Shown: positions 18,938 through 27,329 of the stretch, one piece after another | Position numbering within the stretch: position 1 is the first letter of the stretch | How the letters are laid out: each line of letters opens with the position of its first letter | Source of the DNA: a virus | DNA length: 64,000 bases | Reading direction: 5' to 3' (one strand) | Virus record (IMG/VR): IMGVR_UViG_3300020392_000004 | The notes under the pieces: generated by a model | What the model saw: only the letters and a program-made list of their open reading frames with translations | Database searches by the model: none | Told to the model about the DNA's origin: nothing | Program-made: the position numbers and the translations under genes

Positions 18938-20001
18938 AAAAATGTATGTTCGTCTAATGCTTCATTATACAATGTAGTCATTAAATCTGTAAGGGGTTTT
19001 TTCCTTCCCTGTATATCCATTTCTTCTACATATTTGTTTAGTATTGTTAAAGTGTCTTCCACATTTTCCACATCTGTATCGTCCATTAAGTCCATGTGTT
19101 TATGGTCGTCTACTACATTTAAGTGTAGAGGACTTGCAGAATGAATCTTATCTAAAAATGAATCGAACCAATATGGGTTGTCTTTATTAACTACTATAAC
19201 TTTTGTAAACTTTCCTGTGACATTACTATAATCTTTGTTTACTATAGTCTCAAAAGTTTCTTTTGTATCGTCATAGAATATTTTTTCAAAGATAGTAAGT
19301 GGATTTGGAACTGGAAGCATTTCTCTAGTGTCGGTATCAAAGATATGGAAGTATTTGTTATCTCCATAATCTGACCAAGTAAACTGCATTTGAGAACCTA
19401 GGTATTTGATATTTGCAAACTCTGACTTCTGATGAAAATGACCACTGTAAACCTTTTCATACCTACTAACATATGAATGGTCAAGACCATGTTGACATGT
19501 CATGCCTGGCAACATAAGAGCTCCCTCAAATTCAAAGTGACCCATACATATGGGTGCATTTGCAGACATAAGAAACTCAACTGAATCTGCATAGTTTTCT
19601 GAATTAATCCATGGGACAAGTGCAATATCTAAACCGTCATACTGTATCACTTCGGGTTCTTGTATGACATTTATATTATCTGATTCAAATAATAAAAGGT
19701 CGGGAGAGTTTACTTCATTTGTATTCTTAAAATAAGTATCATGATTACCTATAATCAAGTCCATGGATATACCATATTCTAACATAGGTTTGATAAAATG
19801 TTCTCTGTTTAATTTAAGAGTAGAAAAATTTATGTATTTTCTTCTATCAAAGTAATCACCCAAATGTAATATGTGTTTGATATTATGTTCATTTAGATAT
19901 GGAAAAAATATTTCATTATAAAAACGCCCTGCATAATCGGACATTGCTACCATATCACCACGGACACCTGCGTGTGTGTCGTTAAGTATTGCTATCTTCA
20001 T
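18934..20001 (-). CDS. gp47: Recombination endonuclease subunit gp47 (Mre11/SbcD-like)
   Basis: DTH, GDYFD, GNHD, SGHFH. Confidence 0.97.
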   Translation of the reverse strand: MKIAILNDTHAGVRGDMVAMSDYAGRFYNEIFFPYLNEHNIKHILHLGDYFDRRKYINFSTLKLNREHFIKPMLEYGISMDLIIGNHDTYFKNTNEVNSPDLLLFESDNINVIQEPEVIQYDGLDIALVPWINSENYADSVEFLMSANAPICMGHFEFEGALMLPGMTCQHGLDHSYVSRYEKVYSGHFHQKSEFANIKYLGSQMQFTWSDYGDNKYFHIFDTDTREMLPVPNPLTIFEKIFYDDTKETFETIVNKDYSNVTGKFTKVIVVNKDNPYWFDSFLDKIHSASPLHLNVVDDHKHMDLMDDTDVENVEDTLTILNKYVEEMDIQGRKKPLTDLMTTLYNEALDEHTFL

Positions 20002-20549
20002 TCAGTAAATTTTTCTAAATTAGTCGATTCTTTTACCTTTTTAGTTCTCTTGGATTTCCTTGGTTCATATTCAACCCGATTCATGTTCTCTTGCATCCAT
20101 TCTACATTTGTATTGGTAAGAGTTGGGTCATGTTCACCGTCTATGGTTGTATATGCGTCCATAGTAATATTAGCTTCCTCTATAGATTTTTGTTTTATAA
20201 AAACCTGTTTCTTCTCCTTTTGAATTCTTCGAAGGAATGCATAATAGCATATCTGTGTGATATATGCAAACGCGTTATTTGATTTTTCTTGATTGAAATT
20301 ACCGATATATTGTATACAATTCTCGATTGCATCACATATCATTTCATCTCTGTATGTGTAATTAATAAAATTAGGTCTAGTCGATAATCGAGTAGCAATT
20401 TTATAGATACATTCACCAATGTATTCTGGCATTCTAGGTGGGGTTTTATCCTTTGATTCTGCGAGTTTACATGCTTGATTAAACTCGGAGACTGCTTGAG
20501 TGAACTCTTTGTTATTTACATAGTGTTCATTTTGTTTTTTAGTAGTCAT
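19998..20549 (-). CDS. gp55: Late sigma factor gp55
   Basis: HYVNNKEF, PNFINYTYRDEMICDAIENC, AFAYITQICYYAFLRRIQKEKKQ. Confidence 0.97.
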   Translation of the reverse strand: MTTKKQNEHYVNNKEFTQAVSEFNQACKLAESKDKTPPRMPEYIGECIYKIATRLSTRPNFINYTYRDEMICDAIENCIQYIGNFNQEKSNNAFAYITQICYYAFLRRIQKEKKQVFIKQKSIEEANITMDAYTTIDGEHDPTLTNTNVEWMQENMNRVEYEPRKSKRTKKVKESTNLEKFTE

Positions 20550-20555
20550 GTATAC

Positions 20556-20584
20556 ATTATACCTAAAAAATCCAGTATTGTAAG
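20556..20584 (-). promoter_or_regulatory. Sigma70-like promoter for gp55 (TATAAT, weak -35)
   Basis: CTTACA-N17-TATAAT-GTATAC-ATG. Confidence 0.6.
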
Positions 20585-20598
20585 GGGGTTTTTAGTAT

Positions 20599-21174
20599 TT
20601 ATTTTTCGGAGTATTTTAAGTTGATTTTACTATGGTGTTGTTCGTCTGCACGAACTTTTTTGATTAGGTCTGATAATTTTGCTGTCTTTTTCATTTTATA
20701 GTAGTCAATTGCAATCTGTGGTGCTGGGACATTCTCTACTTCTCCAGTTTCCACCATGTGAAGGTATTCTGTATATGACTTTACTGCTTCTTCTTCAAAG
20801 TAATGAATCATTCTATGTGCAGTCTTGGGGAAGAACACATATAATATAAAGTAAAATATCCAAAAGATTCCTTGAGAAAATAAGACCAACCACCTTTCTA
20901 ATAGATTGGGTTTTGTGATTTCTATAAAGAACATGAGGTGCATTCTCTCATTCTCTGCCTCTGCAAGTAGTTCTCTTATCATTGGGCCGTATCCTGTCTC
21001 CATTTGACGAAGACTTTTTAAGTGAACCCACATACCAGCAACCATGCCTGGCACACCTGCGATAGTCTCTAGGACAACTGCTCTGTGTCCATATCTATGT
21101 GCAAAAAATGTATCTGCTATGAATCTGAAAAACTTTGTCATAAACAAAGCAAAAAAGTTTGAAATTTTTTTCAT
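20599..21174 (-). CDS. aox: Alternative oxidase (ubiquinol oxidase, AOX)
   Basis: All di-iron motifs: LETIAGVPGM, EAENERMH, FEEEAVKSY, RADEQHH; GAGG RBS before ATG at 21174. Confidence 0.93.
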   Translation of the reverse strand: MKKISNFFALFMTKFFRFIADTFFAHRYGHRAVVLETIAGVPGMVAGMWVHLKSLRQMETGYGPMIRELLAEAENERMHLMFFIEITKPNLLERWLVLFSQGIFWIFYFILYVFFPKTAHRMIHYFEEEAVKSYTEYLHMVETGEVENVPAPQIAIDYYKMKKTAKLSDLIKKVRADEQHHSKINLKYSEK

Positions 21175-21231
21175 AAAGCCTCTTGTCAAATAGAAAATAT
21201 GTGATAAGATGAATATGTTCCCGAGAGGGTA

Positions 21232-21363
21232 TTAGCTATAAAGGGATTGATTCCTTATTATTGCAGATTTGATTTCTACACCCCGTCCCATTCTTTCTAT
21301 ATCTCCCGTAATCATATATGTAAACGACATTCCTATCATTCCATATAATATATATTGTTTCAT
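21232..21363 (-). CDS. Small membrane protein, 43 aa
   Basis: MKQYILYGMIGMSFTYMITGDIERMGRGVEIKSAIIRNQSLYS; ATGA-coupled. Confidence 0.6.
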   Translation of the reverse strand: MKQYILYGMIGMSFTYMITGDIERMGRGVEIKSAIIRNQSLYS

Positions 21364-21434
21364 ACAAGACTCAATAGGAATATGAGTCCTATCTCCCAAG
21401 GTATAAGTATTGCAGCGTATATTATGTATTTCAT
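21360..21434 (-). CDS. Small membrane peptide, 24 aa
   Basis: MKYIIYAAILIPWEIGLIFLLSLV; ATGA overlaps on both sides. Confidence 0.55.
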   Translation of the reverse strand: MKYIIYAAILIPWEIGLIFLLSLV

Positions 21435-21715
21435 GAGAAATATGATTGATTGAATAACATGACTGCAGCCATAAAACCTAATGCAGACATCTGAACGATA
21501 ACTGCAATCGTGACAAACATTAGTTGTCTTTCACCCCACCAGTGTAGTTCTTTCTCTTGCCATTCGTTGAACTCTTCGGGTGTTGCGTCTCGTGGTTTGA
21601 AATGGAGTTCTAATTGTTGCTCATATCCTCTCCCCGACATTACATCAGCTGCATCGTCTACGGCAGAGGGAACTGTTTTCCATCTTTTCCAAACTTGGTC
21701 ATATTCTTGTTTCAT
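21431..21715 (-). CDS. Membrane protein, 94 aa
   Basis: MKQEYDQVW...; C-terminal TM; ATGA-coupled. Confidence 0.65.
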   Translation of the reverse strand: MKQEYDQVWKRWKTVPSAVDDAADVMSGRGYEQQLELHFKPRDATPEEFNEWQEKELHWWGERQLMFVTIAVIVQMSALGFMAAVMLFNQSYFS

Positions 21716-21813
21716 ACTTGTGGTGTTATTGCAAATAGAGAAAGACAAAAGATAGCAACCAACGCTGTGAGTTCGAGGCTATCTCTTATCTTTGTTCTAT
21801 CCTTATCGGACAT
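21712..21813 (-). CDS. Small membrane peptide, 33 aa
   Basis: MSDKDRTKIRDSLELTALVAIFCLSLFAITPQV; TAATG-coupled, GGAG RBS. Confidence 0.6.
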   Translation of the reverse strand: MSDKDRTKIRDSLELTALVAIFCLSLFAITPQV

Positions 21814-21983
21814 TAAATACTCCAGCCTGACAGTATCATAATGCCAAAAGGTAATAATATGGGAAGAGTCAACAGTGTTAGAAATTCTACTGCTTCTATC
21901 AACATTGATATTATCTTTGTATCAATAATGTTTTCGATTCTCACCACCATGCTCTTCACAATCTCTAAAATTGTTGCGGTCAT
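21813..21983 (-). CDS. Small membrane protein, 56 aa
   Basis: MTATILEIVKSMVVRIENIIDTKIISMLIEAVEFLTLLTLPILLPFGIMILSGWSI; AGGA RBS. Confidence 0.6.
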   Translation of the reverse strand: MTATILEIVKSMVVRIENIIDTKIISMLIEAVEFLTLLTLPILLPFGIMILSGWSI

Positions 21984-22081
21984 GGTTTTCCTAAAATTAG
22001 TTATAAAGAAGACTTATGATGTATTATAATCATAAATTATCCGTAGTATATATATGATTCAAAAGTCTAACAAAAATATTT

Positions 22082-22606
22082 CTAATGAATTTTTTTCTTG
22101 TCTGTTGGGACAACCGAAGATTCGAAATCTGCAAAAGCTTCATCGTCTATATTCCATTCTTCTTCTTCAATTCTCTTCAACATTCTTTCTTCTCTTTCAG
22201 TGATTGGGCCACCCGTTGCATTCATGAGTTCGTCTATGACTCTTCTCACATAATCTTTATGAGCTGTTTTTGGATTCGTCACCAAAGGTATCTTTTTATT
22301 CTCAACCATGTCAAACCATTTTGAACTTGCCTCGTCATAGTGTTCTACAAACTGTGTGTTCATAGCATTTCTATGTGCAATTAAATCTTTTGGTATTATG
22401 ACTGTTGGGTCTGAACTCAAAGGTGAGTAGGGGTAAAAAGTAGCAAGAGTTGCACTTCTGTCGGGAACAACTTCTAATTGACATATCATAGGTAAAGTTA
22501 TCTCAACACCATCGTGGGTGTCTCTAACCATTCCTACTATTTCGGAACCAGTTCTTAATTTAAGAACTTCGTATCTTTGTGGTATTAAATCTTTAGGTGC
22601 TGTCAT
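22082..22606 (-). CDS. Conserved T4-like phage protein downstream of uvsW (Sm-like N-terminus)
   Basis: VLKLRTGSEIVG pattern; position typical of marine T4-like phages. Confidence 0.65.
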   Translation of the reverse strand: MTAPKDLIPQRYEVLKLRTGSEIVGMVRDTHDGVEITLPMICQLEVVPDRSATLATFYPYSPLSSDPTVIIPKDLIAHRNAMNTQFVEHYDEASSKWFDMVENKKIPLVTNPKTAHKDYVRRVIDELMNATGGPITEREERMLKRIEEEEWNIDDEAFADFESSVVPTDKKKIH

Positions 22607-24008
22607 TTAAGTCGAATTGTTTTATTTCGTATGGAAATCTTTCCTCGTTGTATATATTTATACGGTCTTTGAGGTGACGCAGAGTGTAATTATCACATTG
22701 TAAATCATCTGCAATATCAAATAACCTCATAGAATCTTTTCCTTCTGTCTTTCGAAGACCTCGACCTATTGATTGTAAGTTTCTTATTTTAGATTTAGAC
22801 GGACTTGCAAATACAATATTATCTATTCTCTTTATATTTACACCTGTAGAAAATGTTCCGTAAGAAGCCAATATAACATTATCATCTGACTTCTCTACTA
22901 ATTCTCTAACCTTCTCTCTATCTTCTGTATCTGTTCCACCATAAACATAATGCAAATCTTTTACTCTGCCGTCTAACAAGGGATATAAGACCTCTCCATG
23001 TTTCTCTACATATTGAAACAATACTAATGAATTACCTTTAAGACTTGCAACTAAATTAGTTATAAACATATTTCTATGTTCACTGGAAACAAGATAGTCC
23101 ATTTCTTCTTGGTATGACATAGTATGACACTTTTTATGTTTTAATATTATGCAGTGTATGTCTATGTCTGCAATAGTTCCTTCGTCCATAAGTTGTTTCG
23201 AAGATATAACTTTTTTGACTGGGCCAAACATTCCTTCAAGTTGCAATCTATGACATTCAGAACCGTCTAGTGTTCCTGTAGTTCCAAATCTGATTGCAGT
23301 CTTCTTCATTTTTTCGAGGATTCCTTTGAGGACATTTGCTTTGAAGAGGTGGGCTTCGTCTCCGAAGACAACATCGAAACTTTCCAAGACATTTTTAGGA
23401 GCCTTACTAAATGACTGCCATGTCGTAATCGTAATATCTGCATCAAATACAGGCTGACCCGAATAAATTTTACAAATCTTTTTATCATATCCATATTCTT
23501 CAAAATCCTTTGCCATTTGTTCCACCAGTGAAGTTGTAGGAACTATAATAACAGTTTTCTTGTTGTAATATCTTGCAAGTAAATAAATGATTAGTGACTT
23601 ACCACTTGCAGTTGGTGAGAGTAATAGTTGTCTACCATATTGCACGGCAGTTCTAAATGCATCTAATTGATAGTCTCTAGGTTCAAAAGGTAATCCTAGT
23701 TCTTGTATGAAGTTCTCATCAGGTTGTCTTTCTTTCTCTCCTATAATATCATTTATACCTATGATATCATATCCTCTTTCTCTACAGAACTCGTCTACAT
23801 ATGGAAGTAATCCAATGTATATTTTATTTGTTTTGATAGAAAAGAGTCTAACTTTACCGTCCCAATATCTATGTTTTACCGAAGGCATGAATTTTGCATT
23901 TGGAACTGTAAACGAAAAGAAATCATGAAGGTCTTTTGCCAGACCGTCATCACATTGAACTTGCATGAAGACTTCGTCAATCTTCTTGAGAATTATTTCA
24001 GAGGCCAT
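22593..24008 (-). CDS. uvsW: RNA-DNA/DNA-DNA helicase UvsW
   Basis: PRDYQ, SPTASGKS, DEAH, TTGT, QSIGRGLR. Confidence 0.97.
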   Translation of the reverse strand: MASEIILKKIDEVFMQVQCDDGLAKDLHDFFSFTVPNAKFMPSVKHRYWDGKVRLFSIKTNKIYIGLLPYVDEFCRERGYDIIGINDIIGEKERQPDENFIQELGLPFEPRDYQLDAFRTAVQYGRQLLLSPTASGKSLIIYLLARYYNKKTVIIVPTTSLVEQMAKDFEEYGYDKKICKIYSGQPVFDADITITTWQSFSKAPKNVLESFDVVFGDEAHLFKANVLKGILEKMKKTAIRFGTTGTLDGSECHRLQLEGMFGPVKKVISSKQLMDEGTIADIDIHCIILKHKKCHTMSYQEEMDYLVSSEHRNMFITNLVASLKGNSLVLFQYVEKHGEVLYPLLDGRVKDLHYVYGGTDTEDREKVRELVEKSDDNVILASYGTFSTGVNIKRIDNIVFASPSKSKIRNLQSIGRGLRKTEGKDSMRLFDIADDLQCDNYTLRHLKDRINIYNEERFPYEIKQFDLNDST

Positions 24009-24673
24009 CCTGTATTCCATATCACTAGAGATTGTCTAACTCCTCTAGTCACGGGTGTCACTTGGTGGTGCAACCATGAAGGAAACACCAAGAGAGAACC
24101 AATCTCTTTTCCACTGAAAGGTGCAGTCTGAACAAGGTCGTCTGCACTTATGTTTTGTGATTGAAACTTTAAATTATCAAAAGGTTTACAATGTTCTATC
24201 CATTGAAAATGTCCACCTTCATAATCGTTTGGGTCTGATAATTGAATTGAAGCAGATAGTTTTCTTATCTGACCATTTGGATATGGTTCTGCACCTGCGT
24301 CTGTATGCCATGTATAGAAATCACCTGTAGGTAAATCGGGTTGGTGTTTATAATATGTGTATTGCCATGTCTCCATATCATTTACATCATAGTTCCAACC
24401 TGACATTTTATTTGCAGCCATCATACCGTCAAAAATTTTCTTTTTGAGTTCTTGATTAAACTCGGGGTCGTTATGGTCTAACCATTTGTTTGTTGATTGT
24501 CTTATCTTATTATCTGTATTACCGTCTGTATTACCAGCTGCGTCTTGGTCTTTAGACTTGAATCCTATTCTTGCGTCTATTGTTTCAAGTCTACTTGCAT
24601 ATCCATGAATGTAATCTATATCTTCTCTTGATAGGAAGTTTGGTGTTATACTACAGTAAGTATTATAAAGCAT
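23993..24673 (-). CDS. 2OG-Fe(II) oxygenase (PKHD-type)
   Basis: WHTD, RKLSASIQLSDPNDYEGG, VFPSWLHHQVTPVTRGVRQSLV.W. Confidence 0.9.
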   Translation of the reverse strand: MLYNTYCSITPNFLSREDIDYIHGYASRLETIDARIGFKSKDQDAAGNTDGNTDNKIRQSTNKWLDHNDPEFNQELKKKIFDGMMAANKMSGWNYDVNDMETWQYTYYKHQPDLPTGDFYTWHTDAGAEPYPNGQIRKLSASIQLSDPNDYEGGHFQWIEHCKPFDNLKFQSQNISADDLVQTAPFSGKEIGSLLVFPSWLHHQVTPVTRGVRQSLVIWNTGWPLK

Positions 24674-25116
24674 TATGAACCCGCCATGAACTTTCTCCAA
24701 TCGATTGTATTCTTAATCGTTTGGTGTCTCCAAGTGATATTTTGCATACACTCTTTTAGAAAATTAATTTTAATATTCACAAGTTCTAATGACGCAGAAA
24801 CTTTTTGTAAATCTATATCTGCATTGAAAAATATTTGCATATCATTCTTCATAATTTTTAGACCGTCAAAAGGGTCGGGATTCCACCCTTTCTCTTTAAT
24901 TGTATCATCGTCCATTTTACCATTGAAATATAACCACTTGTCTTTGAGTAAAGTGTTATATTGAAATTGTAGATTTTTCTGTGCGATTACAGCGTCTGTT
25001 AGGTATTCTGAATATTTTGCATGAAGTTTTGGAACCTCAAGTGAAGATTTATCTAGTTCGATATCGTCAATTTCACAATCAACTTTCCATTCTGCTTTCA
25101 AATCATCTAATGTCAT
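24673..25116 (-). CDS. uvsY: Recombination mediator UvsY
   Basis: PKLHAKY, YFNGK, IKNTIDWRKFMAG; synteny. Confidence 0.93.
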   Translation of the reverse strand: MTLDDLKAEWKVDCEIDDIELDKSSLEVPKLHAKYSEYLTDAVIAQKNLQFQYNTLLKDKWLYFNGKMDDDTIKEKGWNPDPFDGLKIMKNDMQIFFNADIDLQKVSASLELVNIKINFLKECMQNITWRHQTIKNTIDWRKFMAGS

Positions 25117-25122
25117 AATATA

Positions 25123-25144
25123 ATTATATCACAAAATGTGATAT
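25123..25144 (-). promoter_or_regulatory. Extended -10 promoter (TGTGATATAAT) inside palindrome ATATCACA-N3-TGTGATAT
   Basis: Read directly; 6 nt between the -10 box and the uvsY ATG. Confidence 0.6.
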
Positions 25145-25681
25145 TTAACTAGTGGATTCTATGTCGTAATATGTAAATCTAAACTCCACAGTTGCAACAA
25201 CGGTTTCACCGTCTGCACCTGATTCTAATTCTATACCACTTAAGGATATAGGGAATGCATCGTGGAATCTAAAGTATTTATTTGCAATATTTTTATTAGT
25301 GTTTGTCACCAATGTTATATCTGAATACTGAACCAAGTCATTATCAATGGAACTTGATACATTTGTTTCAGTCTTTTTTGCACTTACATAATTTGCAAAA
25401 CTTTGTGGGTCTGAAACTGGAACAATAGAATCCATCCAGTCAAATATCTCTTTGAAGTTTTGTAAATCTTCGTCAACTAAAAATGATACATTCAATGTTT
25501 CAAACGAAACTTTGTCGCCTGGAAAGAATGCATCTAAACCAATACCAGCAGCTGCAACAGTTTCAGAAAACTGAAGGCCTGGAATGTTTACAGTCTTCAC
25601 AAAGAACTCAACATTTGGAACTTTGTCTATAAGAAGTCTGAAATTATTCTTACTTAATAGTGATTTATTAATAGTTGTCAT
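25145..25681 (-). CDS. gp3: Tail completion / tube terminator gp3
   Basis: NNFRLLI.K.PNVEFF...NIPG, FLVDEDLQNF.EIFDWM, DAFPISLS. Confidence 0.88.
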   Translation of the reverse strand: MTTINKSLLSKNNFRLLIDKVPNVEFFVKTVNIPGLQFSETVAAAGIGLDAFFPGDKVSFETLNVSFLVDEDLQNFKEIFDWMDSIVPVSDPQSFANYVSAKKTETNVSSSIDNDLVQYSDITLVTNTNKNIANKYFRFHDAFPISLSGIELESGADGETVVATVEFRFTYYDIESTS

Positions 25682-25694
25682 ATAACTATTTAGG

Positions 25695-25910
25695 TTATTT
25701 CTCGTTTACAAATTCATTGAGTTGTCTTGCAACTGCAATTACTTCTTCGGTTGACACAAATTGGTCACCATAAGGTTTTCTATCATTTGGGAAGTTATTG
25801 TTGTGTTCAACAACTGCCTCGTTATTACGATAGATATTACCTTCTAGTAATCCTTGTGCTTGGTTTAGTAATTCGGCTCTGATTTCGAACCCTGATTTTC
25901 CGTTTGACAT
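25695..25910 (-). CDS. Hypothetical protein, 71 aa
   Basis: KSGFEIRAELL...EVIAVARQLNEFV; GGAGG RBS; late promoter at 25947-25954. Confidence 0.7.
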   Translation of the reverse strand: MSNGKSGFEIRAELLNQAQGLLEGNIYRNNEAVVEHNNNFPNDRKPYGDQFVSTEEVIAVARQLNEFVNEK

Positions 25911-25957
25911 AATTTCCTCCTGTGTGTTTGTGTGTTAATGTCCTTATATTTATAGCT

Positions 25958-25986
25958 AAAAAAAACCCTCCGATTGGAGGGTTTTT
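25958..25986 (-). terminator. Rho-independent terminator after gp23
   Basis: AAAAACCCTCC-AATC-GGAGGGTTTTTTTT. Confidence 0.9.
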
Positions 25987-26005
25987 CTTTCGAAACTTAA
26001 TTCGA

Positions 26006-27310
26006 TTACAGAATATTGCTAACAGCCATTTTTCTGTAGTATTGGTTAGTTCCAGCACTTGCTAAACCGTCAGAAGGTGTTGAACCTACGAATGGATTAG
26101 AAACCATACCATATCTAGTTTTGAAACCGATTTTTGGTTGGAAAGTGTTTTCGCCAACTGCTCTCACCATTTGTAGTGGAACATATGGGCAATAGAACAT
26201 ACCAGCGTCATAAGGATTACTTCCTCTATAACCAACAGTCATGTAATCAACACCAGCATATGGGTCGATGTAGACTTTAACTCTTCCGTTTAGGACACCA
26301 GCAAATGTATTACCTGTGTCGTCAACATTGATGTTAGTGTTAAGAGCTGGAGTGTAATCTAATACACCAGCCATTGAAAGTGCAGATGCAACATCAGAAG
26401 AACAAAGAATAAAGTTTCCTTTACCCCTTCTTGTTTCTTTTGCAATTACATTTGATTCTCTTTCAATTTGGAATAATAAACCTTTAAACTTCTCTACAGA
26501 CCATCTTCCGTTTGCATCAACATCAAGGTTAAATGTTCCAGCAGAAGCAGTTGCTGACGCACCTGTTTTTGCTTGTAAGTTAACATTTCTTACAACTTCT
26601 CTGTTGATTTCAGCAAGAATTTCTGATGATAGAATGTTTGCTAGTTCTGATTCTGCATCAAGACCGTGGATTGCTTTGAGGTCTTGTGCTAATTCTAATG
26701 TATACTCTGCTTTGAGTGCTCTTGACTTTGCTGTCACAGTCGCTTTCTCAATAGTGAAAGACATCTGTGCAAAGTGGTTCCCAGCTGCATCACCTAAACT
26801 CTCTGCATTTGCAGTAGACATACCACTACCTGTAGTAGATGAGTATGAAGGTGAAGATGTATCAAATGGGTCACCGATTGGGTCTGAACCCGCAGGGCCT
26901 GCTGTTGGGTCTGCACTACCTGAATAGTCTGAACGAGCTTCATTAAATAAAGCTTCTGAATTGTTCAGTCTTGTTTCTGTTGGGTAGTCATTGTATCTTG
27001 CTTTCATAGCAAAGATAAGACCTGTTGGGCCTGTCATTGGTTGAACACCGCAAATGTCGTATGCAACGAGATTTGGCATAGCTCTTCGAACTAGGGATAT
27101 TAATATTGGATCCCAGTTAGATATTGAGCTACCAGTAGAGTTTAAAGGTGCAGCTTCCTCAAGAGTTGCTCTATCTTCGTTAAGAGCTTTTTCTTGGTTT
27201 TCAAGTATAACTGCTGTGACTGCCTTCTTGTAGTTGTCTTCGATTTTTGGTAAATCGGAGTGTTCTAGAATAGGCTCCCACTTCTCTTGTAAGTTTTCTG
27301 ATAAAAACAT
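26006..27310 (-). CDS. gp23: Major capsid protein gp23
   Basis: LVRRAMPNL.AYDICGVQPMTGPTGLIFAM, ELAQDLKAIHGLDAE, FQPKIGFKTRYG. Confidence 0.99.
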   Translation of the reverse strand: MFLSENLQEKWEPILEHSDLPKIEDNYKKAVTAVILENQEKALNEDRATLEEAAPLNSTGSSISNWDPILISLVRRAMPNLVAYDICGVQPMTGPTGLIFAMKARYNDYPTETRLNNSEALFNEARSDYSGSADPTAGPAGSDPIGDPFDTSSPSYSSTTGSGMSTANAESLGDAAGNHFAQMSFTIEKATVTAKSRALKAEYTLELAQDLKAIHGLDAESELANILSSEILAEINREVVRNVNLQAKTGASATASAGTFNLDVDANGRWSVEKFKGLLFQIERESNVIAKETRRGKGNFILCSSDVASALSMAGVLDYTPALNTNINVDDTGNTFAGVLNGRVKVYIDPYAGVDYMTVGYRGSNPYDAGMFYCPYVPLQMVRAVGENTFQPKIGFKTRYGMVSNPFVGSTPSDGLASAGTNQYYRKMAVSNIL

Positions 27311-27329
27311 TTTACAGTTCCCCTTTAAA

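Noticed and set aside
21183-21210. Plus-strand promoter TTGTCA-N16-TAAGAT antisense to the microprotein chain
   Set aside because: Suboptimal spacing in AT-rich DNA and no supporting terminator or ORF identified.
25126-25144. CRP site linking to the CHASE2/cAMP module
   Set aside because: Half-sites are in the wrong order and spacing (TCACA-N3-TGTGA rather than TGTGA-N6-TCACA).
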